Shown here one piece after another: positions 14,007 through 23,619 of a stretch of 64,000 nt of DNA; the first letter of the stretch is position 1; every line of letters starts with the position of its first letter. The notes below the pieces were generated by a model. The model saw only the letters and a program-made list of their open reading frames with translations, did no database searches and was not told the DNA's origin. The DNA comes from Elusimicrobiota bacterium (lineage in GTDB: Bacteria; Elusimicrobiota; Elusimicrobia; UBA1565; UBA9628): assembly GCA_026388095.1 (NCBI GenBank), contig JAPLKL010000018.1, forward strand, positions 38,388-102,387. The letters are read 5' to 3'. Made by a program: the position numbers and the translations under genes.

Positions 14007-14974
14007 TTTTTCAGAGCCTTGGCCAGCTCCTCCTTGAGTACGGGCAAGACCTTGAAGAGGTCGCCCACGATGCAGAAGTCCGCCTTCTCCATGATGGCTG
14101 CGTCCTTGTCCTTGTTGACGGCGATGATGAACTTGGAGGAGCCCATGCCCGCGAAATGCTGGATGGCTCCCGAGATGCCGCAGGCGATGTAGAGCACGGG
14201 CGAGACCACCTTGCCGGTCTGCCCCACCTGATGCTTGTAGGGGATCCAGCCGGCGTCCACGGCGGCGCGCGAGGCGCCCACGGCCCCGCGCAGGGTCCGG
14301 GCCAGGTCCTCGATGAGCTTGAAGCCCTCCGGCCCGCCCACGCCGCGGCCGCCGGACACGATGACCTCGGCCTCGGTCACATCCATGACGCCTTGCGCGG
14401 CCTGGATGGCCTTGACGACCTGGGCGCGGATGCGCATGTCCTCCGGCGAGATGGCGACCACTTCCGCGGCCTGCTCGCGCTCCGCCGCGGCCGCAAATAC
14501 GTTGGGCCTCAGCGAGACCACCTTGACCGGGGCGCAGAGCTCCGTCACGGCCAGCAGCTTGCTGGAATAGACCGGCCTCACCACGGTCAGAGCCGGGCTG
14601 TCCCACTGGATCGCGGTCACGTCCGTGGCCAGGGCGGCGTCGAGCCGGGCGGCCAGGCGCGCGGCCAGGTCCCGGCCCAAAGCCGTGGCGGACACGACGT
14701 ACAGGTCCGCCCCCAGCCGGCTGCCCGCCTCGGCGACCGCGCCGCAATAGGCCTCGCTGGAATAGGCGAGGAAGCTCTCCCCGGCCGCGGCGAAGACCTT
14801 CGTGAAGCCCAGGCGGCCCAGCCCCGCGGCCGCCGACGCGTCCGCGCCGCAGACCACCGCGGCCAGGGGGACCTGCAGCTTCTCCGCGAGCCTGAGGCCC
14901 ACCGCCGCGGCCTCCCGGCTGGCCTTGCGGACCGCGCCGCCGGCCGTCTCCACCCAGACGATTATGCCTGCCAT
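14003..14974 (-). CDS. etfA: electron transfer flavoprotein alpha subunit
   Basis: C-terminal FAD-binding signature VGQTGKVVSPVLYIACGISGAIQHFAGM...IIAVNKD. Confidence 0.9.
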   Translation of the reverse strand: MAGIIVWVETAGGAVRKASREAAAVGLRLAEKLQVPLAAVVCGADASAAAGLGRLGFTKVFAAAGESFLAYSSEAYCGAVAEAGSRLGADLYVVSATALGRDLAARLAARLDAALATDVTAIQWDSPALTVVRPVYSSKLLAVTELCAPVKVVSLRPNVFAAAAEREQAAEVVAISPEDMRIRAQVVKAIQAAQGVMDVTEAEVIVSGGRGVGGPEGFKLIEDLARTLRGAVGASRAAVDAGWIPYKHQVGQTGKVVSPVLYIACGISGAIQHFAGMGSSKFIIAVNKDKDAAIMEKADFCIVGDLFKVLPVLKEELAKALKK

Positions 14975-14975
14975 G

Positions 14976-15749
14976 TCAGATCACCTTCGCCACGTGGCTG
15001 AGCCATTCGAGGCCCTGGGCCGTGACCGCCGCCGGCTCGCCCTCCGCACGCAAGCCCTTGGGGCGCGGCGGCGGGGGCTGGAGCGCGAGCACCCGACTCT
15101 TGGGCGGCCCCAGGTCCACCCCGAGCTCGGCCAGCGTCACCTTCTTGATCTCCTTGTTCTTGGAACGCTTGATGGCGAGGAGGGTCGGATAGCGGGGCTC
15201 GTTGAGGCCCTTGGAGCAGGATAAGGCCGCGGGCAGACTGGCCTCGATCTCCAAGGTCGCGCCCTCCACCTCGCGCTGCACCAGGAGCTTGTCTTCGCAG
15301 AGCTCGATCTTGGCGGCGCCCAGCACGTGGGGGATGTCGAGATACTGCGCCACGGCCGCGGCCAGGGCGTCTTCCTGCGTGTCGATCATCTCCCGGCCGC
15401 AGAGTATCAAGGAAGGGTTGAAGCCCTTGATGGCGGCGGCGAGGATGCGGCCCTGCGTGACCACGTCCGCCTGCCAGGCGGCCGGCTCGCAGATCCAGAC
15501 CGCGCGCTCCAGGCCCATGGCCAGGGCGCTGCGCAAGGCGGCCTCGGCGCGCGCCGGGCCGATGCAGAAGCCCACGGCCGACCCGCCAGCCTTCTCCGTG
15601 ATGCGCAGGGCCTCCTCGACCGCGTACTCGTCGTAGGGATTGAGGATGAACTTGATGTCCGTCTCCAGGATGGCGCCGGGCCGGGCCGGGTCCGGCTTGA
15701 CTGCGGCCTCGGTGTCCGGGACCTGCCTGAGTATGACCGCGACGTCCAT
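14976..15749 (-). CDS. etfB: electron transfer flavoprotein beta subunit (appears non-bifurcating type)
   Basis: MDVAVILRQVPDTEA...ILNPYDEYAVEEALRI. The GADTLAT-type motif seen in the EtfB at 20366 is absent here (QADVVTQ instead). Confidence 0.9.
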   Translation of the reverse strand: MDVAVILRQVPDTEAAVKPDPARPGAILETDIKFILNPYDEYAVEEALRITEKAGGSAVGFCIGPARAEAALRSALAMGLERAVWICEPAAWQADVVTQGRILAAAIKGFNPSLILCGREMIDTQEDALAAAVAQYLDIPHVLGAAKIELCEDKLLVQREVEGATLEIEASLPAALSCSKGLNEPRYPTLLAIKRSKNKEIKKVTLAELGVDLGPPKSRVLALQPPPPRPKGLRAEGEPAAVTAQGLEWLSHVAKVI

Positions 15750-15753
15750 GGCC

Positions 15754-16902
15754 TTAGGCTCCCAGCACGCTGCGGGCGATGACGAGCCTCTGGATCTCGG
15801 AGGTGCCCTCGTAGATCTCGGTGATGCGCTGGTCCCGGTAGAGCCGCTCCACCTTGTAATCCTTCATGAAGCCGTAGCCGCCGTGGATCTGCACGGCTTT
15901 ATGGCAGACGCGGTGCGCCATCTCCGAGGCGAAGAGCTTGAGCATGGCGGCCTCCTTGGTGAAGCGCGGTTTGCCCGCGTCCTTCATCCAGGCCACCCGG
16001 TAGAGCATGGTCTTGGCCAACTCGACATCGGTGGCCATGTCCGCGAGCATGAACTGCAGGACCTCCAGTTCCGCGATGGGCTTGCCGAACTGGACCCTCT
16101 CCTTGGCGTAGCGCACCGCCTCGTCCAGGGCCGCCTCCGCGATGCCCACGGCCTGGGAGGCGATGCCGATGCGGCCGCCGTCCAAGGTGGCCAGGGCGAC
16201 CTTGAGGCCCTTGCCCTCCTCGCCCAGAAGCGCGTCGGCCGGGACCCGGCAGTCATCGAACACCATCTCGGTCGTGCTCGAGGTGCGGATGCCCATCTTG
16301 TTCTCGTGCTTGCCGACCGAAAAGCCCGGCGCGTCCTTGGTGAACAGGAAGGCGTTTATGCCGGGCTTGCCTCCCGCCGGCACGTCGCTGCGGGTGAAGA
16401 CGATGATGACGTCGGCGATGCCGCCGTTGGTGGTGAAGTTCTTGGTGCCGTTGATGACGAAGCCCCCGTCCTTGCGCACGGCCGTGGCCCTCATGGAGGC
16501 GGGGTCGCTGCCCGCGCCGGCCTCGGTCAGGGAGAAGCAGCCGATCCACTCGCCGCTGGTGAGCTTGGGCAGGTACTTCTTCTTCTGGGCCTCGGTGCCG
16601 AAGTGCTCGACGGCGTCGTTGACCAAGGAGTTCTGCACCGAGACCGCCACGGCCGCGCCCGCGTCGGCCTTGCTGAACTCCACCATGGAGCCGGCGTAGG
16701 CCACGGCGCCCAAAGCCGAGCCCCCGTGCTCCTCGGCCACGGTCATTCCCAGGTAGCCCAGTTCCCCCAGCTCCTTGAGGGCCTTGAGGTTGACCTCGCC
16801 CTTCTCGTCGAGCTCGGCCACGGCCGGCGCCAGCTTGTCCTGCGCGAAGCGGCGCGCCCCGTCGATCGCCATCCGTTGCTCTGCACTGAATTCAAAATCC
16901 AT
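15754..16902 (-). CDS. acyl-CoA dehydrogenase (butyryl-CoA dehydrogenase type)
   Basis: FSLTEAGAGSDPASM...IHGGYGFMKDYKVERLYRDQRITEIYEGTSEIQRLVIA. Confidence 0.9.
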   Translation of the reverse strand: MDFEFSAEQRMAIDGARRFAQDKLAPAVAELDEKGEVNLKALKELGELGYLGMTVAEEHGGSALGAVAYAGSMVEFSKADAGAAVAVSVQNSLVNDAVEHFGTEAQKKKYLPKLTSGEWIGCFSLTEAGAGSDPASMRATAVRKDGGFVINGTKNFTTNGGIADVIIVFTRSDVPAGGKPGINAFLFTKDAPGFSVGKHENKMGIRTSSTTEMVFDDCRVPADALLGEEGKGLKVALATLDGGRIGIASQAVGIAEAALDEAVRYAKERVQFGKPIAELEVLQFMLADMATDVELAKTMLYRVAWMKDAGKPRFTKEAAMLKLFASEMAHRVCHKAVQIHGGYGFMKDYKVERLYRDQRITEIYEGTSEIQRLVIARSVLGA

Positions 16903-16961
16903 TATTCTCCTCCGAGGGGGCGATTGTAGGCGTTTTGCGGCCCTTCATGCAATGCCGAGTG

Positions 16962-19187
16962 TCATGCCGCCTGAGCGGCGGGCGCGTCGACGGGCGCGTA
17001 CTCGCGCGCGGCCTCCCGGCCGTAGAGCACGCGCAGCGCGCCCTTGGCCAGGGCCGCCATCTCGTTCTCCCCGGGATAGACGGTGACGCCGCAGCCCAGG
17101 CCGCGCAGGTAGCCCGTGACGCGCTCCACGAGCAGCCCGGAGCGGGCCATGCCCCCGGTCAGGATGACGCGGTCCAGCTTCTGCCCGTCGAAAGCGGGGA
17201 CCAAAGCGGCCGCGGCCTTGGCGATCTGATAGGCCATGGCGTCCAAGACCTCCGCTGCCTCCGCGTCCCCGGCCAGTATGCGCCTCTCGACCTCGCGCAG
17301 GTCCGCAGTGCCCAGCAGATCGATGAGTCCGCCCGCGCCCTTGATGAGCTTGCGGACTTCCGCGAAGGTGTAGCGTCCCGAGAAGAACAGCTCCGCGAAT
17401 TGCGCCTGCGGCAGGGAGCCGCAGCGCTCCGGGCTGAAGGGGCCCTCGCCGTCGAGGCCGTTGTTGGCGTCGATGTAGCGGCCCTGGAAATGGGCTCCGA
17501 TGGAGATGCCTCCGCCCAGGTGGCAGACGACCACGTTGATGCGCTCGTAGAAGGTCTCGTTCTCCTGCGCGTAGCGCCGTGCCGAGGCGATCTGGTTGAG
17601 GGCGTGGCTGATCACCTTGCGCCTGATGGCCTTGATGCCGGTGATCTTCACCCGCGCGGGCGTCTCGTCGACCACCACGGGGTCCACGATGAAGGCCGGC
17701 TTGCCGCCCAAAGCGGCGAGCTCGTGCGCGATTAGCCCGCCCAGGTTCGAGGCGTGGTCCCCATAGGTGCCGGCGCGCAGGTCGGCCAGCACGGCCTCGC
17801 CCACCCGGTAGGTGCCGTGCGGGATGGGGCGCAGCAGGCCGCCGCGGCCGCAGAAGGCGTCTATGTCGCCGGGGCCGAGCTTGGCGTCCCGCAGGGCGCG
17901 CAGCACGGCCTCCTTGCGCATGGCGTACTGCTCGGTGATCTTGCGGCCGACGAAGGGGGCCAGTTCCGACTGGGTGTGCTGCAGCTCCCGGCTGGAGGTC
18001 TCCACATCTCCTTCATAGACGGCGATCTTGGTCGAGGTCGAGCCCGGGTTGATGGCCAGGACGCGGTGGCGGCGGAAGAAAGTATCCTTGGGGGTCCGGG
18101 CCCAGCGGCCGTAGCGGTGCAGGCGCAGCACCGAGGCCTTGACCGCCAAGCGCACGTCCTCCGGGCTGCAGTCGATGGCCAGGTCCACGCCCCGGAAACC
18201 GACGCCGAAGATGACCTGGAACTTCTTGGCCGTGGGGTACCGTGAGGAATAGAGGTCGTAGAGGAGGTTGCCGGTCTCCAGGTTGGGGCAGATGATCACG
18301 TTCGTGCCGCCCGTGAGGCCCGCCTCCCCATAGAGCTCGGCGGAGCGCCGCGAGATGGCCGCGCTGATCTTCACCTCGCCCGCGATGCGGATGCCGGCGT
18401 AGCGCCGCCCGATGCGCGCGCGCTCGGCCAGCAGGCCCGGCACCAAGGCCATGGCCTGGCGGATCATGACCGGGGAAGGGCCTTCGTCCGAGCCCCGGTG
18501 CGAATAGGACACCACGGCCCCGTGGATCTCGGGCAGCACGTCCTCGGGGATGAGGTCGCGCGCCACGGCGCAGATGCCCACGGCCACGTCGGCGAGCTTC
18601 TCCGGGGTCATGGTGGCGTTGACGCCCACGTCCCCGAAGACCACGATGTTGTGGGGGTAGTAGCCCTCGGGATGCTCGTCGGGAAGGACGAACACGCCCG
18701 CCTCGCAGACCACCTTCCTTTTAGAGAGGACCTCGAGCATGGGGCGGAAGAAATCCTTGGCGCCGTGCCGGGCTCCGCCCACCACCATATCGGCGTGCCC
18801 CCGGTGCACGGCGTAGACGCCGAAGAGCCCCGGCTCCGAGACCGAGCGCTTGGCGGCGGCCAGGTCCGCCGCTTGGCTGCCGCAGCGCCGGTTCTTGAGG
18901 CAGTCGTCCGCGAACTCCGAAACCAACGCAGGGTTCCGGGAGATGTCCACGAAGGAGGACGCCGACAAGGCGAACTCCACTCGGGTGGACTCCAGGTGGG
19001 CCAGGGACTGCGCCGCCGCGGCGCGCACCGATTCCTCCGAGGCCAGGAGCACCGGCTTGATGAACCGCGCCAGATAGCAGACGGCCTCGAGCACGCGCGG
19101 GTCGTCCGGCTCGGTGAACACGACGGTGGGGCGGTCCTTCTGGAGAGAGAGGATGTGCGTGTCGAACGACTCCTCTATCCTGAACAT
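16962..19187 (-). CDS. fused phosphate butyryl/acetyltransferase (N) - butyrate kinase (C)
   Basis: 741-aa C-terminal part of track ORF 16962..20237, from MFRIEESFDTHIL. The N half resembles the PTA/PTB family. The C half begins RVLAINPGSTSTKIAVYEG and contains CHLGGGISIGAH and ILTGGMA, typical of butyrate/acetate kinases. The upstream 350 aa of the ORF is antisense to the dehydrogenase at 19230. Confidence 0.8.
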   Translation of the reverse strand: MFRIEESFDTHILSLQKDRPTVVFTEPDDPRVLEAVCYLARFIKPVLLASEESVRAAAAQSLAHLESTRVEFALSASSFVDISRNPALVSEFADDCLKNRRCGSQAADLAAAKRSVSEPGLFGVYAVHRGHADMVVGGARHGAKDFFRPMLEVLSKRKVVCEAGVFVLPDEHPEGYYPHNIVVFGDVGVNATMTPEKLADVAVGICAVARDLIPEDVLPEIHGAVVSYSHRGSDEGPSPVMIRQAMALVPGLLAERARIGRRYAGIRIAGEVKISAAISRRSAELYGEAGLTGGTNVIICPNLETGNLLYDLYSSRYPTAKKFQVIFGVGFRGVDLAIDCSPEDVRLAVKASVLRLHRYGRWARTPKDTFFRRHRVLAINPGSTSTKIAVYEGDVETSSRELQHTQSELAPFVGRKITEQYAMRKEAVLRALRDAKLGPGDIDAFCGRGGLLRPIPHGTYRVGEAVLADLRAGTYGDHASNLGGLIAHELAALGGKPAFIVDPVVVDETPARVKITGIKAIRRKVISHALNQIASARRYAQENETFYERINVVVCHLGGGISIGAHFQGRYIDANNGLDGEGPFSPERCGSLPQAQFAELFFSGRYTFAEVRKLIKGAGGLIDLLGTADLREVERRILAGDAEAAEVLDAMAYQIAKAAAALVPAFDGQKLDRVILTGGMARSGLLVERVTGYLRGLGCGVTVYPGENEMAALAKGALRVLYGREAAREYAPVDAPAAQAA

Positions 19188-19229
19188 GACGGTTTGTATT
19201 ATAACCTTTATTTTATTAAAGTAAGCCCT

Positions 19230-20363
19230 ATGGACTTCGATTTCTCGAACCCCGTCAAGATCGTGCAGCGCACCGCGCGGGACTTCGCGCGCCAGGCCGT
19301 GGCGCCTCTGGTCCCGGAGATGGAGGGATCCGGAAGATTCCCCAAGCCCCTCATCAAGCAGATGGCCGAGGTGGGCCTGCTCGGCCTGGTCACCCCGCGC
19401 CGCTACGGCGGCTCGGAGCTGGGCTTTCTGGCCCGCACCGTGGCCGTGGCCGAGATCAGCAAGGTCTCCGCGGCCGTGGGCATCGCCCTGCAGGTGCACC
19501 ACATGCAGGCCGCGGCCATCAACGACTGGGGCACCAAGGCTCAGAAGGAGAAGCACCTGCCCCGCCTGTGCCGGGGCGATTTCCTCGGGACCTGCGCGGT
19601 GACCGAGCCCACCGGCGGCTCCGACCTCCTCGGGATGGCCAGCACGGCGGCCCGCGAGCGCGGCGGCTATCTCCTCAACGGCAGCAAGTGCTACATCACC
19701 AACGCCCACCTCTGCGCCTCCCCGCTGGTCATCGCCAAGACCGGCGAGGGCTCGCGGGGCCTGAGCGCCTTCATCATCGCGAAGGGGACTCCGGGCTTCT
19801 CCCTGGGCCGCGAGGAGCGCAAGATGGGACTGCTCGGCGCCGACACCGGCTCGTTCTTCTTCAAGAACTGCCGCGTGGCGGAAGCCGACCTGGTGGGCGA
19901 CGAGGGCGAAGGCATGAAGGTGGCTCTCAAGACCATCGGCGAGGTGGGCCGGCCGGGCATGGCCGCCATCTCCCTGGGGATACTGGAGGCCGCCTTCGAC
20001 GAGGCGGTGAAGTTCTCCAAGGGCCGCACCCTCTACGGCAAGCCCATCGCCGGCCTGCAGGCCATCCAGTGGAGCGTGGCCGAGATCCTGACCGACCTGG
20101 AGACGGCCCGGCTGGTCTGCTACCGAGCCTCCTGGCTCAAGGACCAGGGGCGCGACTGCGCCGCGCCCATGACCATGGCCAAGCTCTACACCACCGAGGC
20201 CGCCCTGCGCGCCAGCCGCAAGGCCCTGGAGATCCACGGCGGCTGCGGCACCATGCTGGACTACCCGGTGCAGCGCTACTTCCGCGACGCCATGGTCTGC
20301 ATCTCGGCCGGCGGCACCACCGAGGTCGGCAAGATCGTGCTCTCTCGCGCCGCGCTCAACTAG
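19230..20363 (+). CDS. acyl-CoA dehydrogenase
   Basis: MDFDFSNPVKIVQRTARDFARQ...AVTEPTGGSDLLGM...IHGGCGTMLDYPVQRYFRDAMVCISAGGTTEVGKIVLS. Start at the ATG at 19230. Confidence 0.9.
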   Translation: MDFDFSNPVKIVQRTARDFARQAVAPLVPEMEGSGRFPKPLIKQMAEVGLLGLVTPRRYGGSELGFLARTVAVAEISKVSAAVGIALQVHHMQAAAINDWGTKAQKEKHLPRLCRGDFLGTCAVTEPTGGSDLLGMASTAARERGGYLLNGSKCYITNAHLCASPLVIAKTGEGSRGLSAFIIAKGTPGFSLGREERKMGLLGADTGSFFFKNCRVAEADLVGDEGEGMKVALKTIGEVGRPGMAAISLGILEAAFDEAVKFSKGRTLYGKPIAGLQAIQWSVAEILTDLETARLVCYRASWLKDQGRDCAAPMTMAKLYTTEAALRASRKALEIHGGCGTMLDYPVQRYFRDAMVCISAGGTTEVGKIVLSRAALN

Positions 20364-20365
20364 CC

Positions 20366-21160
20366 ATGAACATCATCGTCTGCATCAAGCCCGTGCCGGA
20401 CCCTTCCCGCTTCGACAAGCTTCGCCTCGACCCGGACACCATGCTCCTGCGCCGCGACGAGGTGCCCTCGGTCATCAACCCCCTGGACCGCAACGCCCTG
20501 GAGGCCGCGGCCGCGCTCAAGGCCCGTCACAAAGGCAGAGTCAGCGCGCTGTGCATGGCCGCGCCGGGCGCGGCGGAGCAGCTCCAGGAGGCCTTGGCCC
20601 TGGGCTGCGACCGGGCCTGCCTCCTGACCGACGCGGCTTTCGCCGGCGCCGATACCTTGGCCACGGCCCGCGTCCTGGCCGCGGCCGTGCGCAAGCTCGG
20701 AGCCTTCGATCTCATCCTCTGCGGCGCCTACACCGCCGACGGCAGCACGGGCCAGGTGGGCCCCCAACTGGCCGAGCTCCTGGGCATCCCGGACCTGACC
20801 TTCGCCCGCTCTTTGGAGGTCAAGAAGCGGAAGCTGCACGCGCACTGCCTGCGCGAGGACGGCCAAGCCGTGTGCGAGACGGACCTCCCGGCTCTAGTCA
20901 CCTTGGACCAGTCGGCCAACGTCCCGCGCTTGACCCCGCTCTCCGGCCTGCGGCCGGCCGCGGGCAGGAAGATCTCGACCTGGTCGGCCCGCGACCTGCG
21001 CCTCTCCCCCTCCTTCGTGGGGCTGGCAGGCTCGCCCACCCGCATGCTCAACATCTTCACCCCGCCGGTCAAGCGCAAGGGCGAGATGCTCCAGGGCTCG
21101 GCCGACGAGGCCGCGGCCCAGCTTTTGGAGAGGCTGCGGCGGGACAAGGCGCTATCATGA
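20366..21160 (+). CDS. etfB: electron transfer flavoprotein beta subunit (bifurcating-like motifs)
   Basis: MNIIVCIKPVPDP...INPLDRNALEAAAALK...AFAGADTLATARVL...CGAYTADGSTGQVGPQLAELLGIP...GLAGSPTRM. Starts 3 nt after the dehydrogenase stop. Confidence 0.9.
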   Translation: MNIIVCIKPVPDPSRFDKLRLDPDTMLLRRDEVPSVINPLDRNALEAAAALKARHKGRVSALCMAAPGAAEQLQEALALGCDRACLLTDAAFAGADTLATARVLAAAVRKLGAFDLILCGAYTADGSTGQVGPQLAELLGIPDLTFARSLEVKKRKLHAHCLREDGQAVCETDLPALVTLDQSANVPRLTPLSGLRPAAGRKISTWSARDLRLSPSFVGLAGSPTRMLNIFTPPVKRKGEMLQGSADEAAAQLLERLRRDKALS

Positions 21161-23619
21161 AACCCTCTCTTTGGATCTGCGTCCCGCATCAGAACGGCCG
21201 GCCCGACCCCGTCGGGCTGGAGCTGCTGGGCAAGGGCCGCGCGCTGGCCGAGAGCGCCGGCATGGTCCTGGAAGCCGTGGTCCTGGGCGCCGGAGCCGCG
21301 CCAGCGGCCAAGGCCCTCCTGGAGCACGGACCGTCCACGGTCTACGTCCTCGACGACCCGCGCCTGGAGACAGGCGGCACTCCGGTCCGGGCCTATGCGC
21401 TGGCCGAGCTGGCCAAGAGGCGCAAGCCCGAGGTCCTGCTCCTGTCCGCGCTGCGCGAGGATTCCGCCCTGGCCTCCCGCGCGGCGGCGCGCCTGGGCAC
21501 GGGCCTCAGCGCCCATTGCGTGGACCTCAAATTCGACGGCTCCAGCCTCATCCAGACCGTGCCCGGCTTCGGCGGCAACGTCATGGCCAACATCGTCTGC
21601 CCTGACCGGCGGCCGCAGATGGCGACCGTGGCGCCGGGAGTGTTCGCCCCGGTCCCCGGCCGGGCCCCGGGCGCCAAGGTCGTTCGGGAGAAGGTCTCTT
21701 TGCCGCGCGGCCTGCGCGGGGTACGGACCCTGTCGGTGCGCGCCGAGTCGGACGGCTCCGGCCCGGCCGCGCTCAAGAGCGCCCGCGTGGTGGTGGCCGG
21801 CGGGCACGGCGTGGGCTCGCGCAAGGACTGGGCCCTGCTCGAGGACCTGGCCCGCGCGCTGGGCGGCGCGGTGGGCGCGACCCGGCCGCCCGTGGATGAA
21901 GGCTGGGCCAAGACGCGGCAGATGATCGGCGCCAGCGGCATCTCCATCAAGCCCCGCCTCTACATCGGCGCGGGAATCTCCGGGATGATGCACCACACCG
22001 TGGGCATCCAGGGCGCCAAGACCATCGTGGCCGTCAACCGCGACCCCAAGGCCCCCATCTTCCAGACCGCGGACTACGGCATCGTGGGAGACCTCAAGGA
22101 GGTCATCCCGGCCCTGCTCCAGCGTCTGCGCACCGGCAAAGGCCTGGCCGCCAAGATCAAGCCCGCGGGCTGCGCGCGCACCTCCCAGTCGTACCGGGAG
22201 AGTCTGAGCAAGATGCGTCCCAACATCCACAAGTTCGGCCGCTTGATCACGGACGTGGCCTGCGATCCCCTGACCAAGCGCACCGTGGAAGGCCACGCCC
22301 AGCTCTTCGACGCGGCCCGCGACCCCAAGCATCAGGACCTCTTCACCACGACCTCCCACCTGACGGGCAAGCGCGTCTCGCGCTACCTGTCCTTGCTGCA
22401 GTCGCCCGAGGACGTCTTCGCCTTGAGCCGCATGAAGCGCGCGGCCTTCAACCTGACCGGCACCTGCACCGGAGGCCGCTGCGTGGGCGGAGCGGCCCTC
22501 AACGCCATGTGGTCCGTCACCTGGGACCTCGACCAGGCGCAGGGCACCGATTATCATCAGCGGCTGCGCCGCTGGCTGCGCGACGCCCAGGAGCGCGACA
22601 TCACCGTGGCCGGCGCGCTCACCGACCCCAAAGGCAACCGCAAGCTCCCCCCCTCCCGCCAGGCCGACCCGGACTCCTATCTGCGCGTCGTGGCCCGGCG
22701 CCAGGGCGGCGTGGTGGTGCGCGGGGCCAAGGTCATGATCTGCGGCGTGGCCGCGGCCCAGGAGATCTTCGTGATGCCGGGCACGCGCCTGAAGCGCTCG
22801 GAGGCCGACTACGCGGTGAGCTTCGTCATCCCGCGCGACGTGCCGGGCCTGACCATCGTGGAGGCGCGGCGGCCGTCCGACACGCGCGAGCAGGAGGAGG
22901 GCTTCGACAACCCCGTGGCCCGCGGCGGCATCACCCAGGCCTATCTCTTCTTCGAGGACGTGTTCGTGCCGAAGGAGCGCATCTTCCTCCACGGCGAGTA
23001 CGCCGCGGCCGAGGACGCGGTCACGCGCTTCACTTTGCCCTACCGCTCCGCCATCGGCGGCTGCGTGGCCGGGCAGGGCGACGTGATGGTCGGGGCGGCC
23101 ATCCTCATGGCCCGGGCCAACGGCCTGCAGGAGAAGGTGTTCCGCGACAAGCTGGTGCGCATGCTGGTCAACAACGAGACCACCTTCGGGGTGGGCCTGG
23201 CCGCGGCCGTGCTGGGGCGCAAGCATCCCTCGGGGAGCTGGCTGCCCGACTCCCTGATGGCCAACATCAACAAGGTCCACGTGGCCACCCTGCCCTACGA
23301 GACCAAGCGCCTGACCCAGGAGATCGCGGGCGGCATCGCGGAGACCGGCTGCATGCCCTCGGCCAAGGATTTCCTTGACGAGCGCTATGGGCACCTCATC
23401 CGCAAGTACCTCAAGGCGCACGCCCCGGCCGAGACCCGGGCCCGCATCGCGCGCCTCATCGAGTGGCTGACCATCGGCGCGGGCGTGCCGGGCTGCATGC
23501 ACGGCGGCGGCTCGCCCGACGGGGCGCGGCTCTCCGTCTTCGCCGACGCCAAGCTCAAGGAGATGGCGGACCTGGCCAAGCGCCTGGGCGGCATCTCCGA
23601 CATCTCCCTGGAGGGCTGA
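21157..23619 (+). CDS. fusion protein: EtfA (about aa 1-325) + AbfD/HpaB-family (4-hydroxybutyryl-CoA dehydratase-like) domain (about aa 342-820)
   Basis: ATG at 21157 overlaps the etfB stop (ATGA). The EtfA part has RPPVDEGWAKTRQMIGASGISIKPRLYIGAGISGMMHHTVG...IVAVNRD. After a linker (TGKGLAAKIKPAGCAR) the frame continues without a stop into GALTDPKGNRKLPPSRQADPDSYLRVVARRQGGVVVRGAK...EADYAVSFVIPRD...GCMHGGGSPDGARL, which resembles AbfD. Confidence 0.8.
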   Translation: MKPSLWICVPHQNGRPDPVGLELLGKGRALAESAGMVLEAVVLGAGAAPAAKALLEHGPSTVYVLDDPRLETGGTPVRAYALAELAKRRKPEVLLLSALREDSALASRAAARLGTGLSAHCVDLKFDGSSLIQTVPGFGGNVMANIVCPDRRPQMATVAPGVFAPVPGRAPGAKVVREKVSLPRGLRGVRTLSVRAESDGSGPAALKSARVVVAGGHGVGSRKDWALLEDLARALGGAVGATRPPVDEGWAKTRQMIGASGISIKPRLYIGAGISGMMHHTVGIQGAKTIVAVNRDPKAPIFQTADYGIVGDLKEVIPALLQRLRTGKGLAAKIKPAGCARTSQSYRESLSKMRPNIHKFGRLITDVACDPLTKRTVEGHAQLFDAARDPKHQDLFTTTSHLTGKRVSRYLSLLQSPEDVFALSRMKRAAFNLTGTCTGGRCVGGAALNAMWSVTWDLDQAQGTDYHQRLRRWLRDAQERDITVAGALTDPKGNRKLPPSRQADPDSYLRVVARRQGGVVVRGAKVMICGVAAAQEIFVMPGTRLKRSEADYAVSFVIPRDVPGLTIVEARRPSDTREQEEGFDNPVARGGITQAYLFFEDVFVPKERIFLHGEYAAAEDAVTRFTLPYRSAIGGCVAGQGDVMVGAAILMARANGLQEKVFRDKLVRMLVNNETTFGVGLAAAVLGRKHPSGSWLPDSLMANINKVHVATLPYETKRLTQEIAGGIAETGCMPSAKDFLDERYGHLIRKYLKAHAPAETRARIARLIEWLTIGAGVPGCMHGGGSPDGARLSVFADAKLKEMADLAKRLGGISDISLEG

